NCBI GenBank assembly: GCA_039621445.1
Contig: CP154954.1
Coordinates: 20,198,642 to 20,262,641, forward strand
DNA from: Euglena gracilis
Lineage: Eukaryota
Direction: 5' to 3'
DNA: 64,000 nt
Both the position numbers and the translations under genes were made by a program. Shown one piece after another: positions 12,402-24,100 of this stretch. Below the pieces are notes generated by a model. The model was not told the DNA's origin, did not search any database, and saw only the letters and a program-made list of their open reading frames with translations. The number at the start of each line of letters is the position of its first letter. Position 1 is the first letter of the stretch.

Positions 12402-13148
12402 GGACGTCTTTTATTACTCGTTTAAAACATCGTTTAAAACCAGTTTAAAACCGTCGTCATAAACGAAAAATACAGGTTTTCGACGTATGGAAAAAGACCT
12501 ATTAAAGTTTGGCGAAGCGCCAGTACCGGCAACGACCGGCGTGTTCCCTCGAACGCGTGCAGTGTCATGCAAGATTATTCATCGGCGCCGAAAAGTCCGT
12601 TCCGGAGCCCGTGGAAGACCTAAGGGAAGACAGTGAACTGAGTTTCGGCAGGTATTTTATTCCCGCCCACCTCGGAACGGCAACAGTGGCCCTTTTTTTG
12701 GGTTTGTTTGGAGCTGTTGGAGGTAACCCTGTTAAATGCAACGCTGAAAACCCGTTTTGTGCACCCGATTTTGGTATCAAATGCAACAGAAGACAACTCC
12801 GGAAACTTCTTTTTTTTGCGATTTCTCAGTCCGGGGCGCGCGCCGCAGCAGACGGCGTGCGTGCAGAGGATACACGTGCCGAAAAACACGTGGGTGCACC
12901 CCGTGGCTGCTGTGCATCTGGAGGGGGGGGGGCTCAATCTGAAAAAGGGGGACCAAAGCCAAAGGGGGGGGGGGGCCGAAGGTGGTCGAAGGCAGACCCA
13001 TTTAGCGAGAAAGGTGGTGGCCCTTTGCTGAAAACGGAGGGAAACCAGCAGTGCAGGTAGTAATAGCAAAGGGGGGTGCAGCCAAGGGGTGAATGATGCC
13101 GGACACATTACGCACGATTGAAACGTAAAGGGAAGGGGAGGAGGTGGT

Positions 13149-16100
13149 TTAAACTGCCTCGTCCTCCTCGGCAGTATTCCAATGGGGAATGTTCCTGTTC
13201 AGCTCCCGTGATAGGAACGACAGCCGGTGCCAAGCTTCGTTTTAAGACTGTCAGGGGGGGGGACGAACCCCGGCCGGCCCTGGACCGCGCAACCGGGGGG
13301 GGGGGGGGGAGGGTGCCTTCAGACTTAAAACGAAGGCTGGCCGGTGCGCCCTCTCCAAGCCAAGTCTGGGGCGTACATCTGACTAAGCCCCGGGGGGGGG
13401 GGGAGCGGTTCTGGGCTGGGGACAGAAAAGTGAGGTGGCTGAAAAATTGGGCTGGCAAACCCGCCCCCACCCCCTGGTGCAGGCAGAACCAGGTGGAACC
13501 TGAACCACTGAGAGGTGGACGGAAAGCGGAAAAATGCCTAAAAAAAACACATTCCGGTCGCAACCTTGAAGAACTGATGCATGGGGGGAATCACTGGACC
13601 CTAAAGAGATGTACGGTCTGGTGCGCAGCACCCCGTACGTCAGCTTCAGGGTGCTGAGCTGGCAGCATTCCGGTGCTCAAGGGGTCAGGGGGCCCGGGGG
13701 GGGGGGGGCTGCCTTTTTTTATAAAAAACCAGGCAGTCACGTGTTTCCGGGTAACAGGTGAGTCAGTCCCCCTCCCTGGACGCATCAGAATTTGACTGGG
13801 AATATCGTCTTCTGTTGACAAACACCCGCAGCAGTGACAGTCAGAGCACAGGGTTGATTGCCGCTCCAATGTGGCACTGGTCGCCGCCGCACCATGGAGG
13901 CGCAGAGCCAGGTCTGTCATCTTCGGGGGAAATCCATGACAGGTTCCCCGGCCAATTTTTTTTCCGAACCCCCCCGGCGATGGGGTCGGATCAGTTTGAT
14001 GAAAACCGGACTGCCACTCACTTTCAGTAGAGCAATCAGACAAAAAAAATGTGCAACCCAGACTGCCACTGGCCACTACCAGCCAAAAAATAAGGTAGAC
14101 AGTTTAAACACCCCACCTGACTGCGAAACCTGGAACCAAACGCCTCCCCGCTGACCACCACGTACACTCGTCAACGTCCGTCTCCATTCGATCTGCTGTG
14201 AACGGCGCGGCCTGCCCCAGCCACATGGTGATGGCCCCGTCCTCCACCCGTTCCCCGATCCACTTGGTAGCCACGGTGACCTGGTCGGTGGACAAGTTCC
14301 GTCCCACGTACCGGTGATGCAGCAGGTACGCGGACAGAAAGACGGGATTGTCCCTGCAAGGGTTACAGTCGCATGGCTGGGGGGGGGGGCAGAATAGCAG
14401 ACTGTACCACCAGCACTGTGAGGGACAGGCTTTTTTTTAAAGAAAAGAAACCCTGCACCAAAGCCAGTGCTGCACGTTGTTGAACGTGCTTCCATCCTGC
14501 TTTGAAGTTGTCCTCTTCAGGGCCCCCCCCTCACCAAAGGCGCAAAGGCTGTCCGGGTCAGGCTTCTTTTTAAGACCCCCGGGGGGGGGTCCCCCCCCAC
14601 CCACCCAGGGTGGCGCGGGACCCCCCCCGGGGGGGGGGGGGGGGGGTGGGGGGGGGGGGGGGGGGGGGGGGGGGGCGGGCGCCCCCCCAAAAATCGGGCC
14701 CGCTAAAGGGGGGGGGTCCGGGTCTGGGCCAAAAAAAAATACCCAACCCTGCCCTTTTTTGGGAAAGGCCCTGGCTGCGCGGGAAGGCGGCCATGAGGCT
14801 GAGCCAAATGCTGACTGCGTCGGCAATGGTTGTGCCGTTGGCCTGCATGTTGTCCAGCGCCACCGCCACCGGCTGCAGCTGGAGGAAGAAATCCTCTGAT
14901 GCCCGGCGCACTCCCAGATTCTCCAAATCGCGCCGCTGTGGTTCGCCGACTTCAAGCCACCGCAACAGGTTGCCGGGGGGGGGGAAACTTTCCGAAATTC
15001 AGTGCAATTTAAACCCGAGGCAGTCAACCATTTTCCAAAATCCATCACCACACCATGCACCAAACCAGCCCATCACCATGCAGTGCGTTGCAGTCAGCAA
15101 TTAACGCAGAACCCCCCCACCCACCTGCAGGAAATGTGACGGCCTGGGCGGGTCGCTGCAGGGTCGCGGTGATCTCCACCAGAGTCGACCAATTCCGGTT
15201 ATAGTACTCGAGGGCATGAAAATGACTCCCCCACCGCACTTCTGTGGGGATGATCACAGAGGTTTTTTTTTTGGACAGCGGGGGGGGGGGAGGGGGCCAG
15301 AGAGTCCAGAAAAAAGAATTCCAGAAATATCACTACCATGAACCTAAAGCATAAAACCGGTGCAAACAGGAAACTGGAAGCAATTCAATGTGCTAACTGT
15401 AACGCACAAAAAGAACCCCACCCCGGGTTCCCAGAACACAAAAAAGTCTCTGATTGGGTGGTAACCCGAGGCCACGGGTCACCAGCCCAGCATGCGCAGC
15501 GTGGTTCTGTGTAAACCACCGCAGCACGCCGATTACCCGGGATAGCATCTCGCTCTGCGGTACCAGATCGCGTGAAAGGAGATGCAACCAGTGTGCCTGG
15601 CAAGGCACGGGGATGATCTCCGGCACGGTGGCGGCGGTGAAGTTTTCTCTCATTCTGGTCATATTTGACGCCGAATCGGTTGTCAATGCGACCACCGTGA
15701 CCTGCATCTCGGACGTGACCTTGTCATAGTACTCCTTCGTGATGCTTTCCAAGTAGGCAGCAGCTGCGGGGATTCTTTCAACCCGCCACAGGAAAACGGC
15801 AGTGCGTGAAAGGGGGGGGTCAGCATTCCAAAAAATCTCCGACTGGTATGCGGCACGCCCGTCGTGTCCTCGCAACCCACAAGGAATGAATCCATGCCCG
15901 CCTTCAGGCCCCCTACCCAAAGGCCAAACCAAAAGGGGGGAACAATGTTTACGCACCTTGGGACAGAAGCCTGCATACGGCAACCGACACGGCCACCACT
16001 GGTTCGTTGGCCCCCGTGGACCAGCCATCCACCATGAGGGTGCCCGTACGGCCGCGAATCTGTCTCACCACCTTGCCAAACTCCATTTCGTAGATGGAGT

Positions 16101-16929
16101 TCAGCAATGGTCCTCGCCACACTCCACCTCCACCATCTCTGAATGCACTTGCCTGCATTGACCACATTGGAAATCATTTTGCACATTCACATTCGACACA
16201 TTCCAGAACCAGCCTTCGAATCTGCATTGCATGATTCCATACATTGACACCATTTGGAATGACACAACCAACCTGTGAATCTGTAAACTCCAGTCGACGA
16301 TGCTTACATGGATACATTTGGAATGACAGGCACAGCCATTTGGAGGAGGGGCGTGTCCCAGCAACCTGCTTGCGGCTGGGAACCTTGTACCCCGGACGCA
16401 GCGTGTTCATCAGGGTCACGAAGTTGGGGTTCTCCACTGCACGGAATGGTGGCCGACAGCCAACCACGAAGCGCGCCACCATCAGGTCCAACTTCTGGCG
16501 GGTGCGGTTGTCTGTAATTATGGGCTATGGGCAGGGCACCAAGTTGTGACAGAGAAAAAACACGAAGAAAAACATGGTGCCATGGTGCCCTGGTCGCAGG
16601 GTCTGTTGGCGGAATACTTTCTTCGCTGGTGGTGGGGTACCATCGGCAGCATCGGCGTCGACCACATCCAACGACATGGTGCCTGTGCCCTGGGAGCTGT
16701 TGCTGCCGCTACTGCTTCCACTCGCACTTTCTCCGTCGGTAATCTGCACCGTCTCCAGCAGGCCCACAGCGATAAGGCCGGGACAGCTCTCGGCGTGCCG
16801 CCACAATCGGCTGACCACAGCACTCTGTTCAGCTCCGCATCCACGACAGGTGGCTTGTACACGTCCCGTAGGGTCCATACTTCGTGTATAATAGTTCCAT
16901 ACTGTGTCCAGCCGCCGACCGCCAGGCAT
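13149..16929 (-). CDS. hAT-superfamily transposase (BED finger + DDE RNase-H fold + C-terminal dimerisation region), about 13 exons
   Basis: The spliced translation gives VWNYY..ATCRGC..RLWRHAESC (BED), PFRAVENPNF, LMVDGWS, LTTDSASN, CQAHWLHL, TEVRWGS and ATSATLERQLS..LRTRLG. Introns are at 16527-16595, 16114-16359, 15900-15976, 15762-15844, 15252-15455, 14948-15149, 14513-14776, ~14353-14458, 13935-14135, ~13660-13858, 13367-13618 and 13226-13342; the joins are in frame. TAA at 13149-13151. Confidence 0.9.
13226..13342 (-). other. Nonconventional intron that is a 109-bp MITE (13231-13339) with a perfect 8-bp TSD
   Basis: GCCGGTGC at 13223-13230 and 13340-13347. Imperfect 20-bp TIR CAAGCTTCGTTTTAAGACTG / CAGACTTAAAACGAAGGCTG. 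Removal restores ...RAHRLSFL in frame. Confidence 0.85.
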
Positions 16930-16958
16930 GGGGCACCTGAGTGACAGGGCAGAAAAGG

Positions 16959-18985
16959 GGATACCGCCGCGAGAACGGTGGTGGGGCGAACCGAATCCAC
17001 CGACCAGTGGCACTGCCTACTGGATTTGAGTGTTCAGAGAGGGGGAAGCTATGTACAGATGGGGAAACCCCATGGATAGTCAGAAGGGGTTTGATAGTCA
17101 GGGAAGGGTAAGCGGGGACGAAGGGGGCTTAGCGGCCGATGGATGCTGGGGAGGGGGAGGCTGCGCGGCCGGGCGGTTGGGGAGAGAAGCGTCAAGGTTC
17201 GTGGTGGCGTCCTGGTGGAGATTGGCCTTTGGCGGTGATGCAGGGATGAGCCGCCGTGGTGCATGCTGGGACTTGATTTGGCTGCCGCTGCCTTGGAGCT
17301 CGCGACGAGACGGCGGACGTCGTGCTCAGTCTAGGTGTTGAAGAGGGCGCACAAGCGCTTTCAGCGTAGGATGTGTTTCGGGCGCAGCATTTGCGCAAGC
17401 TGCCGGAAGAGTGAAAGCGCCAGAAGCTGGTAGCTCTCGGCCTGGCGCGTGGCACCGATGTCTCCGCGATCCCATGAGGTGGTGCATTTGATAATCCGGG
17501 TTAGCAGCTTTGCGCTTTCGGGTCCAAGGCCACCCCACGTGCCCATGGCCAGGGTGGCAAAGGACCATCCCCCGTTTTGGCAGGGAGTGTCGTACTTAGT
17601 ATGCTTGGCGACCTCCTTCCTTTTAAGGAACGTCCTCCACCGTTCCCGAGTGGCCAGCCTTTCGGCAGCTTGCCAGCCATGGGCGATGGTGATGTCCACT
17701 GCCGTGGGCTTCCCATCCTGCCAGGTAGCTAGAAGCAGGTCAGCCGGCCGCAGCGAGCTGTCGGGTTGGTTCGGCACCGGGACCTCGCGCTGCACGCTTT
17801 GACCGTTCGTTGACAAGATGTTAAAAAGTGCGTCTTGAACGGCGTTGTGGCGGTTCGCAAAGTTATTGCGAATGCAGCACAGATCGTGGTCGCCATGGAC
17901 ATCCACGGTGGCCTGACAACCAGCACAGATGGTTGGAGAGTCCGCCAGTGGCAAGCCCAGCCACCATTTCAGTCCCAGTCGGTAGTCTGCCGGGTCGATG
18001 ACAGTGTGCAGCGCTTCGTGGGGAGGTACCGCCATCCACCCGTGCCCGATGCCGTTGACTTGCTCCAGGAGCCGTGCTTGGTCACGTTGGGCTGACCTGT
18101 CCACCAAGGCATCCACAGTGGTTTTGGCAGACTCCTTTTGCCACCATCGTTGGGAGGTATCGTTTCCTGAGGCGCAAGCGAAGGCGGCGGAGTTTGCTAG
18201 GCGACTGCTTTCCGGGTGACGATTTCCTAGCGTGGAACACAAGTCATGGGCGGCTTGCTGGCAAGTGCGGTCGTCTGGGGCGGCAGCGTAGTCAGGGCAT
18301 GCCACCTTCTTGTGGCCGTGTGTGTAGAACTGACATAAGGCTGCAGTGCGGGCGGCGCCTTGGTGGGACGCCGGAATTCGGAGGCCGCAGCCGCCCGCTG
18401 AGAGCGGTAACGCTGCTTGTAGCCGCTGATCCGCGTTCAGGGCCTGTCCCAGGATATCTTCGAAGGCGCTGAAGATGGTCTCACCGCAGCGTGAGACTTC
18501 GCTTTGCGCTTGATACGAATCTGAGGCACGCAGGAGGTGGTTTACGCGACAGCCGTCCAGACAGTAGCGGAGGAGATGGTGGGCCAACTGGGGATCGGCG
18601 ACCGAAGTAACGAGGTCAGCAGCTTGTTCGATCTTTTCAGTTGCTTCCGCCCAGGCGGCGACAGTGTGGTCTGCAGAGCTGGGGAAGTCGACTGGGCAGC
18701 CCAGGACCGTGATTCCGGACCCCTCGGCCCAGGGCACCATTTTCAGAAGTTCTCGGTCGGGGAGGCTGGCTGCTGCTGGTCCCCACAGGACACACTTGGC
18801 CAGATTAAGCTGTATCCCAGTGCGACTGCTTTCGCTGCGTAGGTAGTCAAGGCACTTCTGAAGAACCGTTGGCTCTCCTACGAGGATTCCGTCATCCAGA
18901 TACCAGCAGGACCACAGCAGTTCTGCTTGGGTGCTGATAGCCTCCGCGATGGACTGCAGGCCAACAGCAAAGCCGATCGGCCCCA
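16959..18985 (-). mobile_element. 5'-truncated RLE-type non-LTR retrotransposon, CRE-like
   Basis: 13-bp TSD AGGGCAGAAAAGG at 16946-16958 and 18986-18998. The element carries the RT/RLE ORF and about 400 bp of 3' UTR with no poly(A). Confidence 0.9.
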
Positions 18986-18986
18986 A
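17361..18986 (-). CDS. Reverse transcriptase C-terminal half + CCHC zinc knuckle + restriction-like endonuclease (5'-truncated)
   Basis: PLGP..YLDDG (RT motifs), LPLSAGGCGL, CAGC..HDLCC..RHNAV, RPADLL..AVDITI..KEVAKHTKY (PD-D/ExK RLE). The 541-codon frame is intronless. Confidence 0.9.
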   Translation of the reverse strand: MGPIGFAVGLQSIAEAISTQAELLWSCWYLDDGILVGEPTVLQKCLDYLRSESSRTGIQLNLAKCVLWGPAAASLPDRELLKMVPWAEGSGITVLGCPVDFPSSADHTVAAWAEATEKIEQAADLVTSVADPQLAHHLLRYCLDGCRVNHLLRASDSYQAQSEVSRCGETIFSAFEDILGQALNADQRLQAALPLSAGGCGLRIPASHQGAARTAALCQFYTHGHKKVACPDYAAAPDDRTCQQAAHDLCSTLGNRHPESSRLANSAAFACASGNDTSQRWWQKESAKTTVDALVDRSAQRDQARLLEQVNGIGHGWMAVPPHEALHTVIDPADYRLGLKWWLGLPLADSPTICAGCQATVDVHGDHDLCCIRNNFANRHNAVQDALFNILSTNGQSVQREVPVPNQPDSSLRPADLLLATWQDGKPTAVDITIAHGWQAAERLATRERWRTFLKRKEVAKHTKYDTPCQNGGWSFATLAMGTWGGLGPESAKLLTRIIKCTTSWDRGDIGATRQAESYQLLALSLFRQLAQMLRPKHILR

Positions 18987-19142
18987 GGGCAGAAAAGGAC
19001 ACGCCGTGAGCGCGAGGGCAAGCAGATCCTACTTTGAGTTTCCGACAGTTTCCGACAGCATTTCGACATTTTTGACGTTTTATTCCTTGTCGAAATGGTC
19101 TTTTTGTCTTTTTCCTAGTAAAAGACACTTAACTCCACACTG

Positions 19143-20408
19143 CGGATCTCTGTTGCCGAGTCCAATGGGTCAGATAGCCAAGTTGACGTAAATTCATTCG
19201 CACAAGCATGAGCGCATCAACGGAGCAATCACTAAGGCGATTGCGCAAATCATTGGGGTCGGAGCTTCTTTCATCTGATGACACCCCTCCTCGAAGGGTT
19301 ATGTTCGGTGTTGCAGTTGAAAATTGCCTCTTTTCCAAAAGGGAACTTCGATTACCCACACAACGAGGTCTATCCCCCACCCAGTGTCTAAGTCCCCAAA
19401 GGGTGGAGAAATGTTCCCAAACCCAAGACACCTTTGATTTCTGCAAAAAAAAAAGGTCGATTAACTGGGGGGCCACAAGCGATTAACCGTTTTTCGATTA
19501 ACCATGGTTAATTGTCCCCCCCACAAACGATCGATTAACTGGGGGGGTCACAAGCGATTAACCGTTTTTCGATTAACCATCCAACCCTGTCTGTGGCAAT
19601 GACACGTTTTCGATTAAGGCATCTGTGTTCAGGCACGTTTTCCATTAGGGCATCTGTGGTAACCCCGAGTAAAAAGCAAAAAGCGCTGTCGCAAAAAATC
19701 AGCGGGCGGTTGCGAGGCCGGGTGGTCCTCAACGAGTGAGGCGGGTCGGGGGCACTCTACAACAGGACAGAAGGCCAGGTGGCCTGGGAGCACAACGACA
19801 CGGAGTGGCAGACATCATGGAACACGACACGCTTTACACAAAAAAGAGCCATACTTTGGTGGCCGCCGCAAATCTTGGCAATGAAAATGATATGCCAAAC
19901 CGCAGGCGTCACACACAACTTTGTTCAGCTCCACACAATTTGGATTTTTGAGAATGGCAAAGAAGAAAAGAGGTTGCCGAACGATTCCCTGAAACGAACA
20001 AAGTTCCCGACTGCTGCTCACGTTGAGCCACACATTGTTCAATGACGCTCGCCTCATCGAACAACAGGCTGGGTTCCAGCTCCCATCCCGTCCAGGCAAC
20101 AAAGAAAGCATCCAGCTCAGGATAAGAGGCTTGCCGATGTTGACACAGTTTGGCGAACTCCAAACAGTTGGCAACAGCAGCAAGCCCCCCCCCCCCCGGA
20201 GTGGCCATTTGGGTGCCACGATGCCTAGAGGGTGGCCACTTTGAGGGGGGTGAGGGTAGTGAAATTAAGTTACCATCCCCCCCCCGAGCTATTCCCCCCC
20301 CCCCGAGCTATTCCCATTGGGGGTACGGGAATAGCTCACTGTCATAGCACTTTTTTATAAAGAACTTCCTAAGAAAGTGGTAAAAAAATCGACGTTTTTG
20401 GACCATTT
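19143..20408 (+). repeat. ~1.27-kb direct duplication, copy 2
   Basis: Near-identical to 11136-12401. Confidence 0.95.
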
Positions 20409-21102
20409 TCAAAAATCACCTTTTGGCAAATGTGCTCAAAATTGACCATTTTTTGCGAACATCCAAAAAGTTGCCAAAAATAACCCCTTTTGGGTTGCCC
20501 GAGGGTCGGGTATGGGAATAGCTCGGGGGGGGGGGGACCTGGGTCCCCCCCCCCTCCGAGCTGTTCCCCCCCGTACTGTTCCCATTGGGCCGTAAAGGGT
20601 CCTAGGGACGGGAATAGCTCGGGGGGGGGGGGGGGCATGGTAGTTAAGCTAACTTCACTGAGGCAGATGAGGGGGAGGGTTTCCGGGACCCACCCCCCGT
20701 TGTACTTCACCATAGTTTCAAACAATGAACTTTATGGGGGTCAAAATTCAAGGAATGATTGAGCAAGGAAAGAGGGGTCCTGGGGTGTGTGATTTTTTTA
20801 AATTTCATAACTTTCATAAATTTCAAAAATTACCGTAAGTTACGGTAAGTTACGGGTGTGTAAATTATAAATAATAAATTACGCAAGATTTGCAATGCCA
20901 AATGGGAATTTTTTCAACCCATAAATATCCCATTTGGTCCCGGATTTCTAACTGGGGTTGCATTAATCTTGATTTTGCGTCTTGCCAGAGTCACACCCCG
21001 CCTACAGATTGCCTGGTCTTGTTTTTTTTGTGTGCACTTGTCTTGGGGAGTTACGTCCAAAAACATTTTTTTTTGTGACAAGTTTTTGTTGTTGTTTTAC
21101 AG

Positions 21103-21166
21103 TTTGTTTGTTTGTTTGTTTGTTTGTTTGTTTGTTTGTTTGTTTGTTTGTTTGTTTGTTTGTTTG
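21103..21166. repeat. (TTTG)n microsatellite
   Basis: Perfect tandem TTTG. Confidence 0.95.
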
Positions 21167-24100
21167 TTTTTTGGACCAGGGCCCAGAAAACGAGCTTTGG
21201 ACCTAAATAAAAGCTTTGGAACATCTTGTCGACCGGTATTTTGATTTTCCCATGGCTCCATACCTGGCCCAACTTTGGCGGTCAAACTCTCACTTAAATT
21301 TTCTTCTTTGTTGGTAGGCACATTTGCCCAAATCGACCTTTCTTGAAAATTGCAGCAACTGGCTCACGAAACCTCAAAATTGTAAACAGAATGCGATGTG
21401 GTACCCCAGTACGTAGCTGGTCGGCGAGATGGGGGGGGGGAGGGGTTGTGGGTAGTCGGCCGACCAGTCGGCAAAATACCCACTCTATGTACTAACAGGT
21501 CAAAACCGAGGTGCCACACGGTGCTCATCCCCTGTGCTGAGTCTAATTGTGGGGCACAGTGCTCCTTGCACCGTGCACCGCAGCCCAACGTAAGGCAGTT
21601 CAGGGGGCCCATCAGCTGCGTGCTGCCATGCATGCTTTGGGGCGTGGGGTCGGACTACGTTGGCATCGCTAGGCTGGGCACTGGATTGCAGTGGGTGAAG
21701 TGGAATGCGCAGGTATTTAGGACGAAATTGGCCGTGATTCCTTGAACGCCGGTTCAGGCATGAAGCCAGAGCCCCTAATCCACAGTTTCAACAACTGTGT
21801 CCTGAACGCCGGTTCGGGCGTGAAGCCGTGTTCCAGAACGCCGGTTCGGGCTGCCGCTTTACCCCTCCGGACCCCCACCGACCCCCACCGACCAAAGATT
21901 TCCATGGGGGTGGGGGGGGGACGCGGGGGGGAACTGTGGCCCAACTACCCCCACACGTTTTCTTTGGTATCACCCAAAATTGTATGCAATTTTCCTTTGG
22001 TCGACCAAAAAGTGTGCCCGGCCAAAATTCGGGACGCGGGGGGGGGGACGCGGGGGGAACACCCCCCATCTGAGGATGTTTATGTTGGTGTAAGACACTT
22101 ATTTGGACCCATCTAGACCATTTCCGGGTGATTTGGACCCGCCTATGACCACCGACTAGCCACCGACTAGTTTGCATAGGATTTTCTTCATGGGGGGGGG
22201 CTTAAAAGTCGGCGAGTGAAACACCCCTGTCGCCACCTTTAGCATCATTCCCAAAAACGGTCTATGAACACGGAATTATTCACAATCCAAATGGACTCAA
22301 AGATGCGAACACCATTGGTCAGTCCTTGCCCCAAACTTTCCCCAGGCCCTTGAGACCATGAGTCAGGCACAAGCACATCACAAAAGAAACTTGCCGATAA
22401 TCCCAGTAATTTTTTCTGTTCTGCCTTTTCTGTGCCACATGTCCACAAAGCATTTTGCACACACTTTTCATTTGGGGTCTTTCCCGCCCGAACCGGTGTC
22501 CTGAACCAGTAAACAACATTGGACCTCTGTGGTCATGTTAAATCCAAACAGCTCATTTTTGTGGTGTTTAGCCCCAGTCTGGAAGAGGCATCAAACCATT
22601 CAGAATGCGCACCTGCACACTTTGCTTCCGAAATGCGCGGATGCGCATTTTCAAAAAAAACTGCCAGAATTTTGTGACTCAACAAGGAAAATGCATTCCC
22701 AGCTGTCTAAGAACTTGGTGAACTGAACACCAGCCGTGCCAGGAGGCTCATGGTGGAACACAGGAAGCGTAAGGCTCTGTACGTCCCTTTTTTTGCAGAC
22801 ACGACCAGAAGGGACAAATTCCCGAAGGGGAAGGACAAATCCGCTTCCTACACAATACACAGAAGGAGGCCAGGCAGCGAGTTCGGGTCCCAAACCCCCC
22901 CAGGGATCGACACGAAGCCCTTCAGCATTCTGGTAGGTGGTGAGCAGGGTAGTGAGTGAGGATGGTTGGAGTGGGGATCCCGACCCTCCCGAGGGGTCAA
23001 AGTGGTGGCGGGGGGTGTCCAGATCACCACCCCAGGTGTTGGGAGGTGGCTCTGGAGCTCCCCCTCCTTCCCTCCTTGACTGAAAGACATAACCACGAAA
23101 ATTTTATCCTAGTGCTATGCACTGGAGATGGCAAAAGTCACATTTCCCCTCGAATGTTCCATGTTTATCCATTGTTTTGCGCAATTGTTCATATTCTTGC
23201 CTATTTGGCAATTTTTCATTTTTTTGTATGTTTCGTTGTTGTTTTTTGAAAAATCAATTTTTTATATTTTTTATATGGGGTTTATTCTGTGAATTAGAAT
23301 TCATTGTTACCTTTTTGGTTTTGTAAAGGAATTGAACCTACCAGTCATTTTTGCCAAAATATGATGTTTTGGAGAGAGATTGACAAACCTCCTTGATTTC
23401 CCTCTCCCAGTCGCGGCAGGGAGGGTATGTTGTTTTGTCACCGAAGTCTGGGGCAGGGGGTGTACATTATTTTAGGGGGGTTACTCAAAAACTCTCACTG
23501 AATCGAAAAGCTGACCTCACCTCTCTCTCTCTCTCCCAAAAATTCATTAAAACACCAAACAAGGAGCATTTTTTTTCTTATTCACAATTGTATTTCGCCG
23601 TGGCACAAAGATTTTTTTTTATTGCGGCCGCACTTCAAAGAAATTTTTGCCGCGGCTGTCACGGTACAAGCAGAATTGCCTCGATGGTTACAACGCTGGG
23701 AAAAAGATTTGCCGTGGTTGTCGCAGTGCGAACATTTTTTTTTTGCCGTGGTGCAGCACCCAGCAAATATTGGCAGCAGTGCCCCGCCCACAATTTTATT
23801 GTTGATAACCTGTGAAAACACACATGGCTTGCACAAAAGTTCTCTCTTTCCCACCTTATATCCATATCGGTGTGAAAACACATAACATAGCTTGCACAAA
23901 AATTCATTCCCTCCTGCCTTATACCCATCTCGGGGATGGTCCAGAAAGTATCAAGAGGCCAGACAAGAGGAATAAGGTATTTGTGGCACACAGAAAAAAA
24001 ATTCCGCGGTCACGGTTACAACCTTCAAAAATTTCTGCAGCTGCCACAGCGTACAGAATAATTTTTGCCGTGGCGCTGCCGGTTACAATTTTGTTCCCGC

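Larger units (their letters stand above)
12401..19142 (-). mobile_element. Autonomous-type hAT DNA transposon
   Basis: Contains the hAT transposase. The right end reads CAGTGTGGAGTTAAGTGTCTTTTAC on the minus strand. The left end TGGACGTCTTTTAT shares the motif but lacks the terminal CAGTG. Confidence 0.6.
9088..20900. mobile_element. Large composite TIR element (TAGCATTGC...GCAATGCCA) hosting the nested elements
   Basis: Left end TAGCATTGCGACGTAATT; right end AATTACGCAAGATTTGCAATGCCA. Flanks ATTAGGAA / AATGGGAA match at 6/8 (degenerate TSD). The same end types recur at 4193-4249 and 6300-6363. Confidence 0.55.

Noticed and set aside
11136-20408. LTR retrotransposon interpretation of the 1.27-kb direct repeats
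   Set aside because: There is no TG..CA, PBS, PPT or gag/integrase. The RT inside is a non-LTR element with its own TSD.
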